A program made the translations under genes and the position numbers. DNA of 64,000 nt from NCBI GenBank assembly GCA_977018835.1, contig OZ361258.1:1-64000 (forward strand), read 5' to 3'. This stretch comes from Minutocellus sp. GHC0000111 (Eukaryota). The notes beneath the pieces were generated by a model that made no database searches, was not told where the DNA came from, and was given only the letters and a program-made list of their open reading frames with translations. Shown one piece after another: positions 1 through 11,629 of this stretch; the first letter of the stretch is position 1; every line of letters starts with the position of its first letter.

Positions 1-383
1 CTCAGATCGGCAGGTAGGAGTGGCAACTGGCAGCGAACGGAACAGTTGTGTCGCTGTTATTAGAATTTAGCTGCAAGTTGTTGTGGTGATCAGAGAATAC
101 CAAAGTATTGCTGCACAGGGTGCTGGAACTGCGTCGTGGTCTTTTGGCCGGTCTGAAGTGGTGGCGGCGAATGAATGAGCGAGCTTGGCTTGATGCCAAA
201 ATCTCAAAAGTGCTGGAACTTCAACCGGGAATTTCAACGGAGGAGCTTTTCGCCTCTAAATTCGTGCGTCACGGACGGACAGACGCCGACAGAACCCGGA
301 ACAAATGAACTCCTCCAGCTAAACTTTTGGATGTCATTGGCCTAAACTCTTGATAGAGGAGTACCAAGCGATTCGACGATGCG

Positions 384-2066
384 ATGGCGCCGGGCGCCGG
401 GCGGGCGCGCACAAAATTCAAATCCATCAACATGGAGCCCAGTGATGACGATGAGGTCGTCCCCGGAACGGCGCCCGAGGCTCTCCTGAGCCCATCTCTG
501 CTCGATGATTCCGTCCAGGACGCAGAGGGAAACTATGAGAAGAAGCAGATGAATGACGAATCGATTTCACCTGCTGCCGCCCACAACCAGCACCAGCAGC
601 ACAACCCATCTCAAACCGAGCAGGAAGCATCGCAATCGGCCTCATCATACTCCAATATGTCGGGGTCACAGCGGTTCCCGATCCTACTGGGTCCGGGTAG
701 CAACAAGAGTACGGCAGTGCTTAATGCAAGCATCAGTGCCGATGATGGTCCTCGGTAATCGGAATCTCCGCCGCCTTCCCAACCCTCGTCCAATGCTGTG
801 CCCGTGACGGATTATAAGAAAGAGAGGGACGATTCGTCGGCAGCCGAGGACGGGGGAGATGGAGAGCAGCAGCACGAGCACGTGCAAGATCAAGCCAAGC
901 AGTCAGAAGCGTCTGAAATGACAATGATTTCTCGTGAGGAGGCCATTCGGAGCTTCAATGAATCTTGGCCGGCCTTTGCAGCTGCAACAGCACCACGAGA
1001 GTCGGAAGGGATTTATGCTTACTCTCATCGTGTCCCGCCCTCTATCGCGAAGCTGTTGGGCCCACCCATTAAGGAACTGAACTTCGAATCGGAGCAGCAG
1101 CAGTGGGAACAATACCGCCAACAAGCGAGGGAGAGGGAGGCAGTGGCCAAGGCGGCTGCAGCAGCTGGTGCTCCAGTACCCGATCCTGGTATGGAGCGGG
1201 CCATGGCCGCGCTGAGGGAGGATGAAAAGTTCCGTCAAGATGGAATACGCATGCAGGAGAGGCAAGAGCGGTGGGATCGAGGAGAATACAGTGATCATGA
1301 TAGCGATGAGGACGAGAATAGTCTCAGGGCCAAGATAAGGAAGAGACTGCGCAAGCCCGGTGCGCCGACGATTGCCGAATTGGCAGTCATAATGGGTCTG
1401 CGGCCCGACCCGTCTGCTGCAGTCAATAATGACGGTGAGGATGCTCAGGATGTCGTTCCCGAAAAGAAACAGACGCTGCTTGCCCCACTTCCTGATCCCA
1501 CGAGGGAATGGCAAAAATCTCGGAAGGGTGGCAAGCGGCGATCTTCCACAGACAGTGGGAGTGGCTCTGATGCTCCAGTGGGAGGGGAAAATACAATTGC
1601 AGCTATCGCTGCTCATTCTTCCACAGATTCTCGCAAACGATCGAAATCGAAGGAATCGACGTCGAGCCGGAAGAAGAAGAAGCAGAAGAAATCTTCTGGT
1701 AGTGGTGCTGGAAGCTCTTTCATGCACAAGCTGCGAAAGAAGAAGAAGCCCAAAGATCATCGGAACCAGAATGGGGATACGCAAACTGACGAGGAGGAGG
1801 ATGATTCATATCCTACCAAACCGAGTTCCAATATTGTGGGGGGCGAATATTCGATCAAACTCCCAAAAGAAGGGGAGAGAACCTTTCTCAAACGAGCATT
1901 CAAGCCATGTTTGGTAGTAGGAAATGAATCTGGAAACGGATATGCGCTCAAGAGTGCTCTTACAGGTATATATATTTGTGCAATGCATCCAGTATTAGAA
2001 AAAGCAGTATCAAATTATACATTTTATATACAAAATTACATTATCAGATATTCTCACTTCTTGTAG
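384..2066 (+). pseudogene. Hypothetical low-complexity acidic/Lys-rich protein interrupted by one in-frame TAA (756-758)
   Basis: ORFs 384..758 and 798..2066 share a frame, and the gap reads SESPPPSQPSSNA with no further stop. Poly-K runs resemble NLS signals. The 3' end is uncertain (possible GT donor near 1966). Confidence 0.55.
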
Positions 2067-2086
2067 TCACAGTACATTTGTGTTTC

Positions 2087-3017
2087 TCACTTCTTCTTGC
2101 ATAGTAACCTCTTTACCCCATTGCAATGTGCGAGCCCAAGGACGACTAAGACAACCTCCTCACGACGACCTTCTTCTCGTAGTCTCCTGCACTCATCGCG
2201 AGTCTTCCGCGCTAGTGCCTTATTTCTGTCTCCCAGCAGTGTTACCAATAGAACCCGGCCAAGCAAAGGCACTCCAATTATAAGGTTCAAGACCAGCCCA
2301 GCTGCAGTTGCCTTGACTTCTTCTAGTAGCGATAGATCGTAGCCAATCCCATGAACAATTCCATATCCAATTAACCCTGCCAACCAACCAAGAAGTAAAG
2401 TCCCTGGTAATGGTTTCTTTGCAACAAATCCAAGCACATATCGTGCCAGTGATATTGGCGCTAATTGCAGCATGTCCACATCGAATAGATCGCTCCTATC
2501 AAGAAATATCTTAGTGCCTCTTGATTCTGTTTTGGAATTTTGTAGGCAGTTGTGGGTCAATATTTTCTCTCCAGCCTCTCTGCAAATCAGAAAGAATTGC
2601 GTTCCAACCTTGTGGCGGTGCAAACAAGTCTTGGACCGTTTGTGTCAGCACTGAGTTTATGCGCTCGTTGTTTTTGGAGATATTCTCATCTGCCAGGATC
2701 ATGCGAGCATCGTATTCTTCGGCGAGCTCGGCGGCAGCCTGGAATTCATTGTCGAGAAACCATCGCAATATCGATCCTTTGGGTTGGATTCGTTGTGTCG
2801 TCGACCATCTCTCTTCGCATGATTCGATGACAACAGAGCCTAGCCGACCTGTGGAACCATAGTCGTGGATAAGTTCAGTCACTTTGTTTATCGAATAGGG
2901 GTTGTAATGCATTGTCCCTACGATGTGGACGAGCTGGGTGGTTGCGGCATCGCGGAAGAAGAGAGATTGGGTCGGCGGCCGGTTGAAAGTACACGTAGTT
3001 GCTTTGTCGATGATCAT
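2087..3017 (-). CDS. TraB/PrgY-like family membrane protein, frameshifted near 2540
   Basis: Motifs VGTMHYNP, VVIESCEERW, NEFQAA and ILADE lie in ORF 2511..3017; DRNKALA and VLGLAHCNGV plus TM segments lie in ORF 2087..2623. Removing one A from ACAAAATTCC joins them as LPTNSKTESRG. The true start may be further upstream. Confidence 0.65.
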
Positions 3018-3628
3018 AATGTCTTTGCGACAGCAAAGAGTAGCTAGTCTAGGAACTCCCAGCTACACGGTACGAGTAGGAGTGGGCAAGGTGAGGCAAG
3101 GCAGGAAGGCATCGGCATGGCATGAAAACAGCGATCATTTAGCCCGTTCGATTTAATCCCGCCAATGAACCGTTCGAGATTTTATTCCCGCCAAGCCACA
3201 AAGCAACCAGCAAAAAGCGCAAAATAAAAGCGGCCGCAAAGCAGATCAGTTGTGTGGCAAGGTGAACTCCACGTCGGTAGTTGTTGCGTGTGTTACAGCG
3301 CGGTAGCGTGCGCATGTATCTTGTCGTTCCTGATTTTATTTGTACAAGATGTGGTGAACATCAGTTTTGGGGTTTCAGTCGTTTCACATCATCACGTCAC
3401 AATCTATCTGAAGCAACCAACACGGTGCACAAGAATCCACAGTCCTCTATTGAAAAATAACGAGCCTGAGCCTCCGGTCGCTGAGGAGAAGTAATCCTGT
3501 CTCACAAATATAAGGGCCCATCCCTCTCACTGTAAATAATACCGAAATAGTACTTTAGCAAGATCCTACCGAGAACTCTGTGAAATATATTCGTAGACAC
3601 TATCGCTAACACCCTCCTATTGCTTAAG

Positions 3629-6085
3629 TTAGCTTCCATCTACCACATACATCTTTTGATCTCGCATTCGGTTGGCGTAGTGCCACAGTATCGTCGATGT
3701 TGCCTGATTAAGTTTGGTTCCCTCCGATAAAAATTCCTGATCTTCGTCGCCAAAGTCACCCCGAGCGAGACGTTCGTAAAGCTGGTGCAACTTTTCTTTA
3801 ACCCTCTCGGTCTCTTTCGTACGCAATGCTGTGCCATGAGACGGTGCGAATGTCGCGAATGGATCGACATCCCATAACCTCGCCGATATCGCAGCTCGAT
3901 GTTCAGCGAGAGCCACGAGTTGACCGCAAGTAAAGGCATCACAGGCACCGCAAATCATGAGAGTGCTGGGCCTGTTCCCATCGGCCGTGTCCTCGTTTTC
4001 ATTTGAACCGTCAAGGGGAGATCGAGGAGACGCAGCGTCAAAGCTAGGACTTGAGCTAAGGCCAAGGGATGTCGAGGAGCCCAACGCATTGCCTTGCTCT
4101 TCACGTGAGCCCGTCGATCCCAGGGCAAGGACATCGGCATGAGCAAAGAATGAGCAGACCAAGTCATCGTGTGCCGCAATAGCATCCTCGGTCCCTTCTG
4201 CTCCCAAGCATTTGGATGCGGCGGGCGATGCAGCCTGTGTCTCCATGGCCAAGATGAGCTCAGATGCAAAAGAGCGACCACTTTGATAAACAACTCGGTC
4301 ATAATTGCCAAATTTTCCTCCATCTATGATCATTGCGGGGGCTGATCTGGCTGCCGGCGCACCACTTTTCCCTGCACCTTGACCACAAGTCTGAGCCTGA
4401 ACCGCAGCGAGAAATGTGGCATATGATGAAAAGGCATCTGTAAATGGAGTCACAAGCTTGCCCGATGATGAAAGGAAGGCATCGTTCCAAAAATCAACCA
4501 ATGCCAAAAGCACCGGTAAATTATGCCTCGGATTCGTCTCAATGAAATGTGCATCCATATCATGAGCGCCGGCCAAGATACGTTCAACGATATTCCAACC
4601 AAAGACGATTGATAGCGGAACTAATGCGGCTGCCGTAAAGGTAGTGAAGGCTTCACATCGGGCATATTCGGGCATGAGAAAGGTACATTCGGACTTTGTC
4701 GTTCGGGCCAACCGTTCATCCCCAGTGACCAAAAGCATGTGTCGATCCAAGATTTGATCCTCCTTGCGATTGGAACCAAGCCCCGCCAGCAACCAGCGCT
4801 TCAGCGTTTGCGACGCCTGCAGAGTCTCTTCGTCGCCCCTTGCACCAACGATGGTGATCACGTACGTCGATCCGGGCTTTAGGTCGGATATTGCCTCGAC
4901 CGCAGCGGCAGGATCGACACTTGGGACAAAGCGTAATCGGCGGCTGTATGATGATTCCTTGTGGCTGGATGTAGGACGCCCCGTGAGACGAGAGGCTCCA
5001 TCGGCAGCGACTGCTTTGATGCTGCTATGATCTGACGTCAGGCCCTCCCTCGCGGCCAGAGAGGCATCGGCGTCTCTTCTCAAAGCATCGTACATGAATC
5101 GCAGAGCCACCACGGGAACACCTCGTCCAACCACCACCACATCCCTTAGAACCTTTCCGGAAGCACCACGAAGCTTCCCCCTCCGAATCGAGTCCGAAAG
5201 ACGCATAATCCGATCCCAAGTTTCATGTATACCATCCAGAGCATTGGTACCATCCGGCAGATACATCTCCATTCCAGCACCGGCTGGAGCACGAAGCGCA
5301 ATGTGCATTGACGGCGAAGTGCGCATCGGTGACGAGGATACACCACCACTACCGCTACGGCCGCCCCCTCGAGACTGATCGGCAAAGGATGCGCTGGCAA
5401 TGCCATTAATTTTGTTGTCCGTTCCGCCCCTACCACCTCCCTCCTTGACGTCCTCTGCAAATCGAGCATGACGAGCGGCTCCGCTCATGGTGCTGCCCTC
5501 CCGACGAAGGTCGCTCGGATTGCTACCAGGGCCGCCACCTGACGTGCCGATGCCCTTGCGCGATCTCAGTGGCACGACGGGATCGAACCGATCGTTCCAC
5601 CCCCACGCCAACGTCCGGATGAATCCACGGACGTCTCGGGCGCGTGCCAACCGAAGCAGATGATTGACCGTGTCGACCGTCATGCGATTGCGGGACAGAT
5701 CGACCAAAAGGAGCCGGTTGCTGTGATCCGACGTGTCGATGCTGCCCACGCTGGGGTAGAAGGGCGACTCGCCGGCCTGAATGGCGGTGGTCGACCGATA
5801 TCGCTTGGCTGGAGTTGCGGCAGTACCGCCAGTATCGCTGCTGCCGCTGATACCAGTACTGCTTGTCCCGCCTCCCGATTGCTGAGACTGCTGGTGCAAC
5901 CGATGCAGATGGGCCGTGGAGCATTCGTACCGCTCGACGGCCCCGGGAGAACGATTGTGAACCTCCACCAAAGAGTTGACCCGTTCGGTGTCGGTGCACA
6001 GCTCCTGCAGACGGAGGGGTCCGACCTCATCCCGCGCGTGACGGGAGAGGATGGCCAGGCACTGCTCGGCGTTGGCGACAGACAT
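3629..6085 (-). CDS. Glucose-6-phosphate isomerase (PGI)-fold protein with degenerate active site
   Basis: PGI landmarks in the correct order: LVDLSRNRMT, HIALRAP, LAGAHDMDAHF, NLPVLLAL, GNRPST and GQLVALAEHR...WDVDPF. Intronless and uninterrupted; first ATG (MSVANAEQ) at 6085. Confidence 0.85.
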   Translation of the reverse strand: MSVANAEQCLAILSRHARDEVGPLRLQELCTDTERVNSLVEVHNRSPGAVERYECSTAHLHRLHQQSQQSGGGTSSTGISGSSDTGGTAATPAKRYRSTTAIQAGESPFYPSVGSIDTSDHSNRLLLVDLSRNRMTVDTVNHLLRLARARDVRGFIRTLAWGWNDRFDPVVPLRSRKGIGTSGGGPGSNPSDLRREGSTMSGAARHARFAEDVKEGGGRGGTDNKINGIASASFADQSRGGGRSGSGGVSSSPMRTSPSMHIALRAPAGAGMEMYLPDGTNALDGIHETWDRIMRLSDSIRRGKLRGASGKVLRDVVVVGRGVPVVALRFMYDALRRDADASLAAREGLTSDHSSIKAVAADGASRLTGRPTSSHKESSYSRRLRFVPSVDPAAAVEAISDLKPGSTYVITIVGARGDEETLQASQTLKRWLLAGLGSNRKEDQILDRHMLLVTGDERLARTTKSECTFLMPEYARCEAFTTFTAAALVPLSIVFGWNIVERILAGAHDMDAHFIETNPRHNLPVLLALVDFWNDAFLSSSGKLVTPFTDAFSSYATFLAAVQAQTCGQGAGKSGAPAARSAPAMIIDGGKFGNYDRVVYQSGRSFASELILAMETQAASPAASKCLGAEGTEDAIAAHDDLVCSFFAHADVLALGSTGSREEQGNALGSSTSLGLSSSPSFDAASPRSPLDGSNENEDTADGNRPSTLMICGACDAFTCGQLVALAEHRAAISARLWDVDPFATFAPSHGTALRTKETERVKEKLHQLYERLARGDFGDEDQEFLSEGTKLNQATSTILWHYANRMRDQKMYVVDGS

Positions 6086-6286
6086 GAAGGGCACCAGCAA
6101 ACCGGATAAGCAAGTCGGTGCAAGTACATGTAGAACAAGCCGTGCCGACAGCCGATCGATTCAGAGAGTGGAGGTGTGGCGGTTTGCGCCAGAGCTAATT
6201 TTTTGCCTTCCCGAGCCGGCCTGCAGCACCCCCTCATTCTTGCGAGTGGGTTTTTTCCATTCTCAAGACTTCATTGGCATCATGAC

Positions 6287-9254
6287 ATGTCCGTGGCGGA
6301 GTGTCGTCGCGCCACCGCCACGCATCTGCTGATCGGCACGCTTTGGCACTTGGGACGTTCGCTAGCAGTGGGCAGCCAATCTCAGCTCACTTTTTGAACA
6401 AAATCGGAGACGCAAAACTCCAACACATCTTGTGCCGATATTTGAATTCTTCGACGTGCACCTCGACCGAAATACGATGGACCTCTCCATCGCCACACTC
6501 GCCGGCGTCTCTGCCAATAGCATGGCCATGGCCATTCCTCGTCGCCATCGCGCTCTCATTTCGGAACAAAAGGCCGTCTACAAGGGCGAGTTCCCCCTCA
6601 CGGCCGAGTTCCGATCCGGTCCTCGGGGTTACAAAAAGTCCTATGAGGACTGGGTAGAGCAGCAGCTAATGCCCCATGGCCAGGCGGTCGATCTGCAAAC
6701 CAACGTCCTGCGCTTCGAGCCAGAGAATTGGAAATACGCCAACCGATTCGCCGCCGAGCATCCCGAGACCATGGTGCTGTCCACTTGGAGAGCCGCCTCG
6801 GGCATGCCCAAGGGCGCACCAGACGATGGCGATCCGCTGGGCGTCAGCAACATCAGCTTCCCTGGCCACTGGGTCCTCAGTCCAGGAACGACCGTGGCCG
6901 GCAGTGGCATCAACCCGGCATCGGAAATCATCCGTGTGGCCTTGACAGACAACATGCGCCGGGGTCCGGCGTTGCTCGTCGAAACGACTCCCTCGGGCGA
7001 AAGGCTGTGGGATCGATTCGAGTATGTCCTCATCCAACGTGTCGACCCAGATGCCAACACCGTCGAGGTTCGAAGGCAGTTTAACGGATCGCCCGCCGCC
7101 CGAGTCTTTCCGTCCGGCACCACCGAACTCCTGCCCATGCCGTGGGATGATCGCAATCGCAAGCCATTCACCGACTTCTTCTTCAACCTCAGTGAGCACT
7201 GTCCTCGCGATGAGAATGGCCAAACGGCCATGGACATCCTCGTTCAGGATATGGTCGGCCCTCTTCGGGAGGGTGGACCTCTGGATCTGATCGCTGGTAT
7301 TGATTTGGCAAGTGGACCTCTCACCGTCAATCCCAAACTTGCCGACTATGATTTGGACGGCACCGTTGACGATGACTCGGTCTACCGACGGGGCGTGGAA
7401 ACCTTTTACAAGCGCATCCGTAAAGTGATTGGTCAAGAGGGTGTCCTTACTACCAGCCTGGACAAGGAGTTTGCCCAATACATCAACGGTGTCAACCAGG
7501 AGGGTTTAGCCAATCCTGACGACCCCTGGGAGCATACCACCCGTACCGTGAACAATGTGCTATCGTGGGAAAGTTTTGCGCAGCTTCCGATCGTTGGCCT
7601 GGCCCTACAGCAGCACATGGATCGATCAGAGACCCTTCTTCGTGTCCAGCTCCAACGATTGTTATCGGGGTATTCTGTGTGCCTGGGCATGGCAGCCGAT
7701 ATTGAGACTGGCAGTGGATCGCAAGCCCTCGATGAAATCAAGCGCATCGAACTTTACGGTGGTGAAATGCAAAAGCCTCATTGGTTGGGCAAGGCGGTCG
7801 GTATGAGCCGGCCAGCTGCCATGACTCCAAATTTACTCAATGGATCCAATAATGCTGACAAAAGCAACAACTGGGACACCATCATTCCCTCCTTGGGCGT
7901 GAAACGCGGTACCATCTTCGTTGATGGCGATGAGATGGTCCTCCGACCTGATGAGGGTGATTTCGCAGGTTATCTTACGTTGGATCTCAATTTTGACTTA
8001 GATACGAAATCTGATTTCGTTGTCTACATGGAAGCCATCTCGGACGATGACCAATTGTTGCGCAAGATCCTTCTGCCAAAAATCAATGTCAGTGTTGAGC
8101 ACGAAGCCGCCCGGGCAGAGATTACATCCAAAGATTACTTTCCCCTCGGCTTCTATGTTCGTGGTGCCAGTGCTGGAAGCGTAACTGTTGGGTTCCGCTT
8201 TGAGCACGGCGGCGATGTCCGTTTCCGAAATCTGAGCGTCCACAAGGCCGCCGATACCTTGGCGTGTGAATTTGAGAACGGCGTCGTCCTTGTCAATCCA
8301 TCCAAGGAGGACGTTTCCTTTGACTTGAATGCCGTCTTTCCCGACCGCAGTGGTTTCCGTCGCCTTTCCGCTTCTGCACCGCAAGGAGCTGCTGAAATTC
8401 CCGATCGGTATCGTCCTCAGTTGCGTCAGGCGATGGAGCTCAACAACGGAGCTCGCATCGGTAACACCCGGTCCCTTTCGGTTCCTCATCGCAATTCACT
8501 CTTTCTTGTCGCTGATGGCATTACAATCACCGATGACTCGCAACAGCAGGTAGAGACTATCAGCAGTGCCAGTCAGAAGATTGTTGAGGAAATTCCGCCT
8601 CTTGGAATTTCGAAGTCGCCTACAGAGAGCCCAATCTCTGCACCAACAAATGCCCCCATTCTCTCTGCGGAAGATCATAAAGATATGAATGTCGACATAT
8701 CTAAAGATGGAGAGGCGTGGGAGGAATTGAGTCAAATAAATGAAGAGACTTTGGAATTGGAAGATGTCGCGTCTGAATTGATCAATTCTGAAGATGAAAT
8801 TGAGGAAAACGCCAAGTTTGCAAGTGAATTCATCCAAGAGGATATTGTCCCTCAGGAGAGTCAGTCATCGAGCAGCAAGAATGATCTTCTCTTGGTTGGC
8901 GTTGGAATCATGGCTGCTCTGGCCATTGTAGCCATTGGCTTTGCTAGTCTTCTCATCCGGAGAAGGAAGAATTCAGGAGATGGGAGAAGAGATACCGATG
9001 GTGGCTCCGAGGGAGCCAAGAAGCTTGATTTGCGACAATCGAGCACTCTTGGTAACACCGTTCATTTGGGATCGTGTAATTCTCTGGCCGATGACTTCCA
9101 TGATAATCATCTTGGCTCACGTAGCAACAGCGACTCGTCACTTGATTCGGCCGGCTTGTCGATTGAAGATGGACTTCTTGCCCCAACGATCAAATCAGTC
9201 TGCAATAAGAGGGGCCAAGAATCCATTGAAATTGGCCTTGGTGCATCTTTGTAG
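6287..9254 (+). CDS. Large type I membrane protein, putative glycoside hydrolase (GHL15-like C-terminal beta motif); +1 frameshift in T-run near 6391
   Basis: ATG 6287 gives a signal-like MSVAECRRATATHLLIGTLWHLGRSLAVG. Removing one T at 6391-6395 joins it to ORF 6432..9254. Contains EFENGVVLVNPS, INGVNQEG, a P/T/S linker, an acidic stalk and a TM helix (LLLVGVGIMAALAIVAIGFASLLI-RRRK). Intronless. Confidence 0.55.
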
Positions 9255-9412
9255 TATATAAAGGAACAGGACGCTACCAGCAATGCTTGCATCAAATAAA
9301 TATGAATAAAAACTTTGTATAATGAATAGAGGAATAGACTTGACAAATACAACAGTACAACAACATATCATCATATTGTCGTTCAGTTGGTAGTTTACAC
9401 TACGTAGCTACA

Positions 9413-10750
9413 TTATTTCCTCTTGGCTACGCTGGCAAATGCTTGGAGAACCCAACCGCTCTCATACCTCCGACGACTTTCCTCTTCCTCAAGACCGCAA
9501 TTGTTTGCGGCTCTTGCAACTGCTTCTTGCTCTGTTGTCGGGTAACCGCTGGTCAACAAGACGCCGCTTTCTTTCTTCAGGGCCCTTGCCAGTGTTTGCA
9601 GGAGCATGATCAAGGTATTGGAGGGAATGTTAGCTACGACAACATCAAAGCTTCCTTCCCAATCGTTTCCTCCGTCGTCGAGAGATTTTAGAACTTGCAC
9701 TCTATCAGACTTGTTGACAATGCGTTCGTTCCTCCTCAGATTCTCCTCCGTGAGGAAAATAGCATCGTCACTGATATCGACCGATGCGACGTCATTTGCT
9801 CCAAGGGCAAGGCCTGCCAAAGTCAAGATGCCGCTGCCACAGCCATAGTCGAGTAATGAGGTGGGTTGTTCAGATGCCCATACTCCAGCACAGTCCTCGA
9901 GCCCTTGTATTGCTAGAGATGTAGATGGATGCATACCATCGCCGAAAGCCCATCTACTGTCAAGTGACGAAAGTACAGAGAGGTCAACCCCATTAACATT
10001 CAAACTCTGGGCTCCATCTGATTGAGTATTTGAAAAGGGGTCATCGTCTGGAACGATCTTGGGAGGTTCATCTATTATCCGTTGAATTTCACCAATGTCA
10101 TCTACAATATCGAAAGCAATCGATGCCAAAGCATCTCGCGCGAGGGCTTCAGCCTGTATATTGGTATCAGTAATATCTTCCCCATCATACTCAAACATCC
10201 AAAACTCAATAGTAAAACTGTCTGATTGAGAGCCTCCATCGCCCATTAGACTGATCTTGCCCGTTCGTGCAAAGTTGACGTCGGAGGCAACATCGATTGG
10301 GTTTGTTGTGGCGATGGAGGCAGAGGCAGCACCAAACTCCAACATTACATCTGCAAGCTGTGAAACATCGATTGTATCCCTCACATGCGGCGGTATGGCC
10401 CAGGAATATCTGGCAAAGCCTGGCCATGTTTCCCCCTCTCCCTTTTCCTCCACATCACCTGTCTCTGAGGCATTCAGGGTGATCGCCGTCTGCCGAAAGA
10501 TCCCGCTGGGTGCCTGAGAAAACGGCTGCGAGATTCGCGCGAGGGGGCGACGCCGATCGAAGGGACACACCATGCCCTTTGAGAAGGATGGAGATACTAA
10601 TGGACCACGGCCTACAAAGGCCGGGGCAGGAGTCATGTTGTTGATTGCCGCTTTGGCTGGCACTTTTTGTGGCATAAAGAGAGGAAGTTTTCCACGATTT
10701 CTCGCTGCTCTCCAAACATCGCATTTGAGCATAATACATCCCCCCAGCAC
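9413..10750 (-). CDS. prmA: Ribosomal protein L11 methyltransferase-like, probably organelle-targeted
   Basis: AFGDGMHPST, LDYGCGSGIL (SAM motif I), VDIS, FDVVVANI and LLTSGY. The N-terminal extension is transit-like; the start codon is uncertain. Confidence 0.8.
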   Translation of the reverse strand: MLGGCIMLKCDVWRAARNRGKLPLFMPQKVPAKAAINNMTPAPAFVGRGPLVSPSFSKGMVCPFDRRRPLARISQPFSQAPSGIFRQTAITLNASETGDVEEKGEGETWPGFARYSWAIPPHVRDTIDVSQLADVMLEFGAASASIATTNPIDVASDVNFARTGKISLMGDGGSQSDSFTIEFWMFEYDGEDITDTNIQAEALARDALASIAFDIVDDIGEIQRIIDEPPKIVPDDDPFSNTQSDGAQSLNVNGVDLSVLSSLDSRWAFGDGMHPSTSLAIQGLEDCAGVWASEQPTSLLDYGCGSGILTLAGLALGANDVASVDISDDAIFLTEENLRRNERIVNKSDRVQVLKSLDDGGNDWEGSFDVVVANIPSNTLIMLLQTLARALKKESGVLLTSGYPTTEQEAVARAANNCGLEEEESRRRYESGWVLQAFASVAKRK

Positions 10751-11629
10751 CCCAAATCATGCAAAGAAAGACATCGTTCGACGCCCCTTGGTAGGTGGGA
10801 TGCAATCGTTGCGGTGGCAGCCGTCGTCGGGGTTGTTTCGGCGGTGCTATCGGCCTCTCAACACATTATGAGCTCCATTTTTTCGCCATTTTTGACATTC
10901 CGGTGTAAGTTTGACCTACTTCTACCGAGAGACGACCAATAGGGGGTATCCGATGTGACAGTTCATGATTTGTAGGTTGGGATTGATACGTGGGTTGTCG
11001 TCACCGGGTTGGTAATGGTGAAAATACCGCGCTCTCCAAACACGTGTGCCAGTTGGTCCTCGGCTGGATATTTTTACATGATCAGCGGTAAGCCGCGACC
11101 GACCCATCGACCTGATGCTAACAATAGCCATTTCCCCCTTCACGTGGGCAATATAATACGCCTGGAATGGGGCGAACCGTGGCGTGCCGTGGTCATGGAG
11201 TCGAGGAGTCGCAGTCATGCGCCACTCCATGCCATCACGTGCTCCATGGCGCAAAAATGAGGTCCGCAGCCGCTCAGTCGAGTCGAGTGAGTCGTCCAAG
11301 CGGCAAGTCCGAGGTTTGTTCACAAAAAAAGACAACAACGCAGGGGCGATGAGGTACCGGTCGGTAAAAAATATGATCACTCGGGATGTCTTTCGTCCAT
11401 CGTGTTTGTTTTGGAATAGGCAGGTGACACTGCAGTGCATATGTACATGAAGGGATTCCTACATGTACGGTACGTGGTACCGGTTCATGTGTAGTCTACT
11501 GTGGCTCAAAATGTGGCCATGCTATTTTTACTTTTGTAGATCTAGTGTATGTAGATCTAGAGATCGACTACATGTAGAGTCTAGATCTAGCGTCTAATAA
11601 TATGGATTCTAACTACATGTACTGGCAAT

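Noticed and set aside
10922..11450. Short ORFs between prmA and the methyltransferase
   Set aside because: No recognisable motif; probably intergenic.
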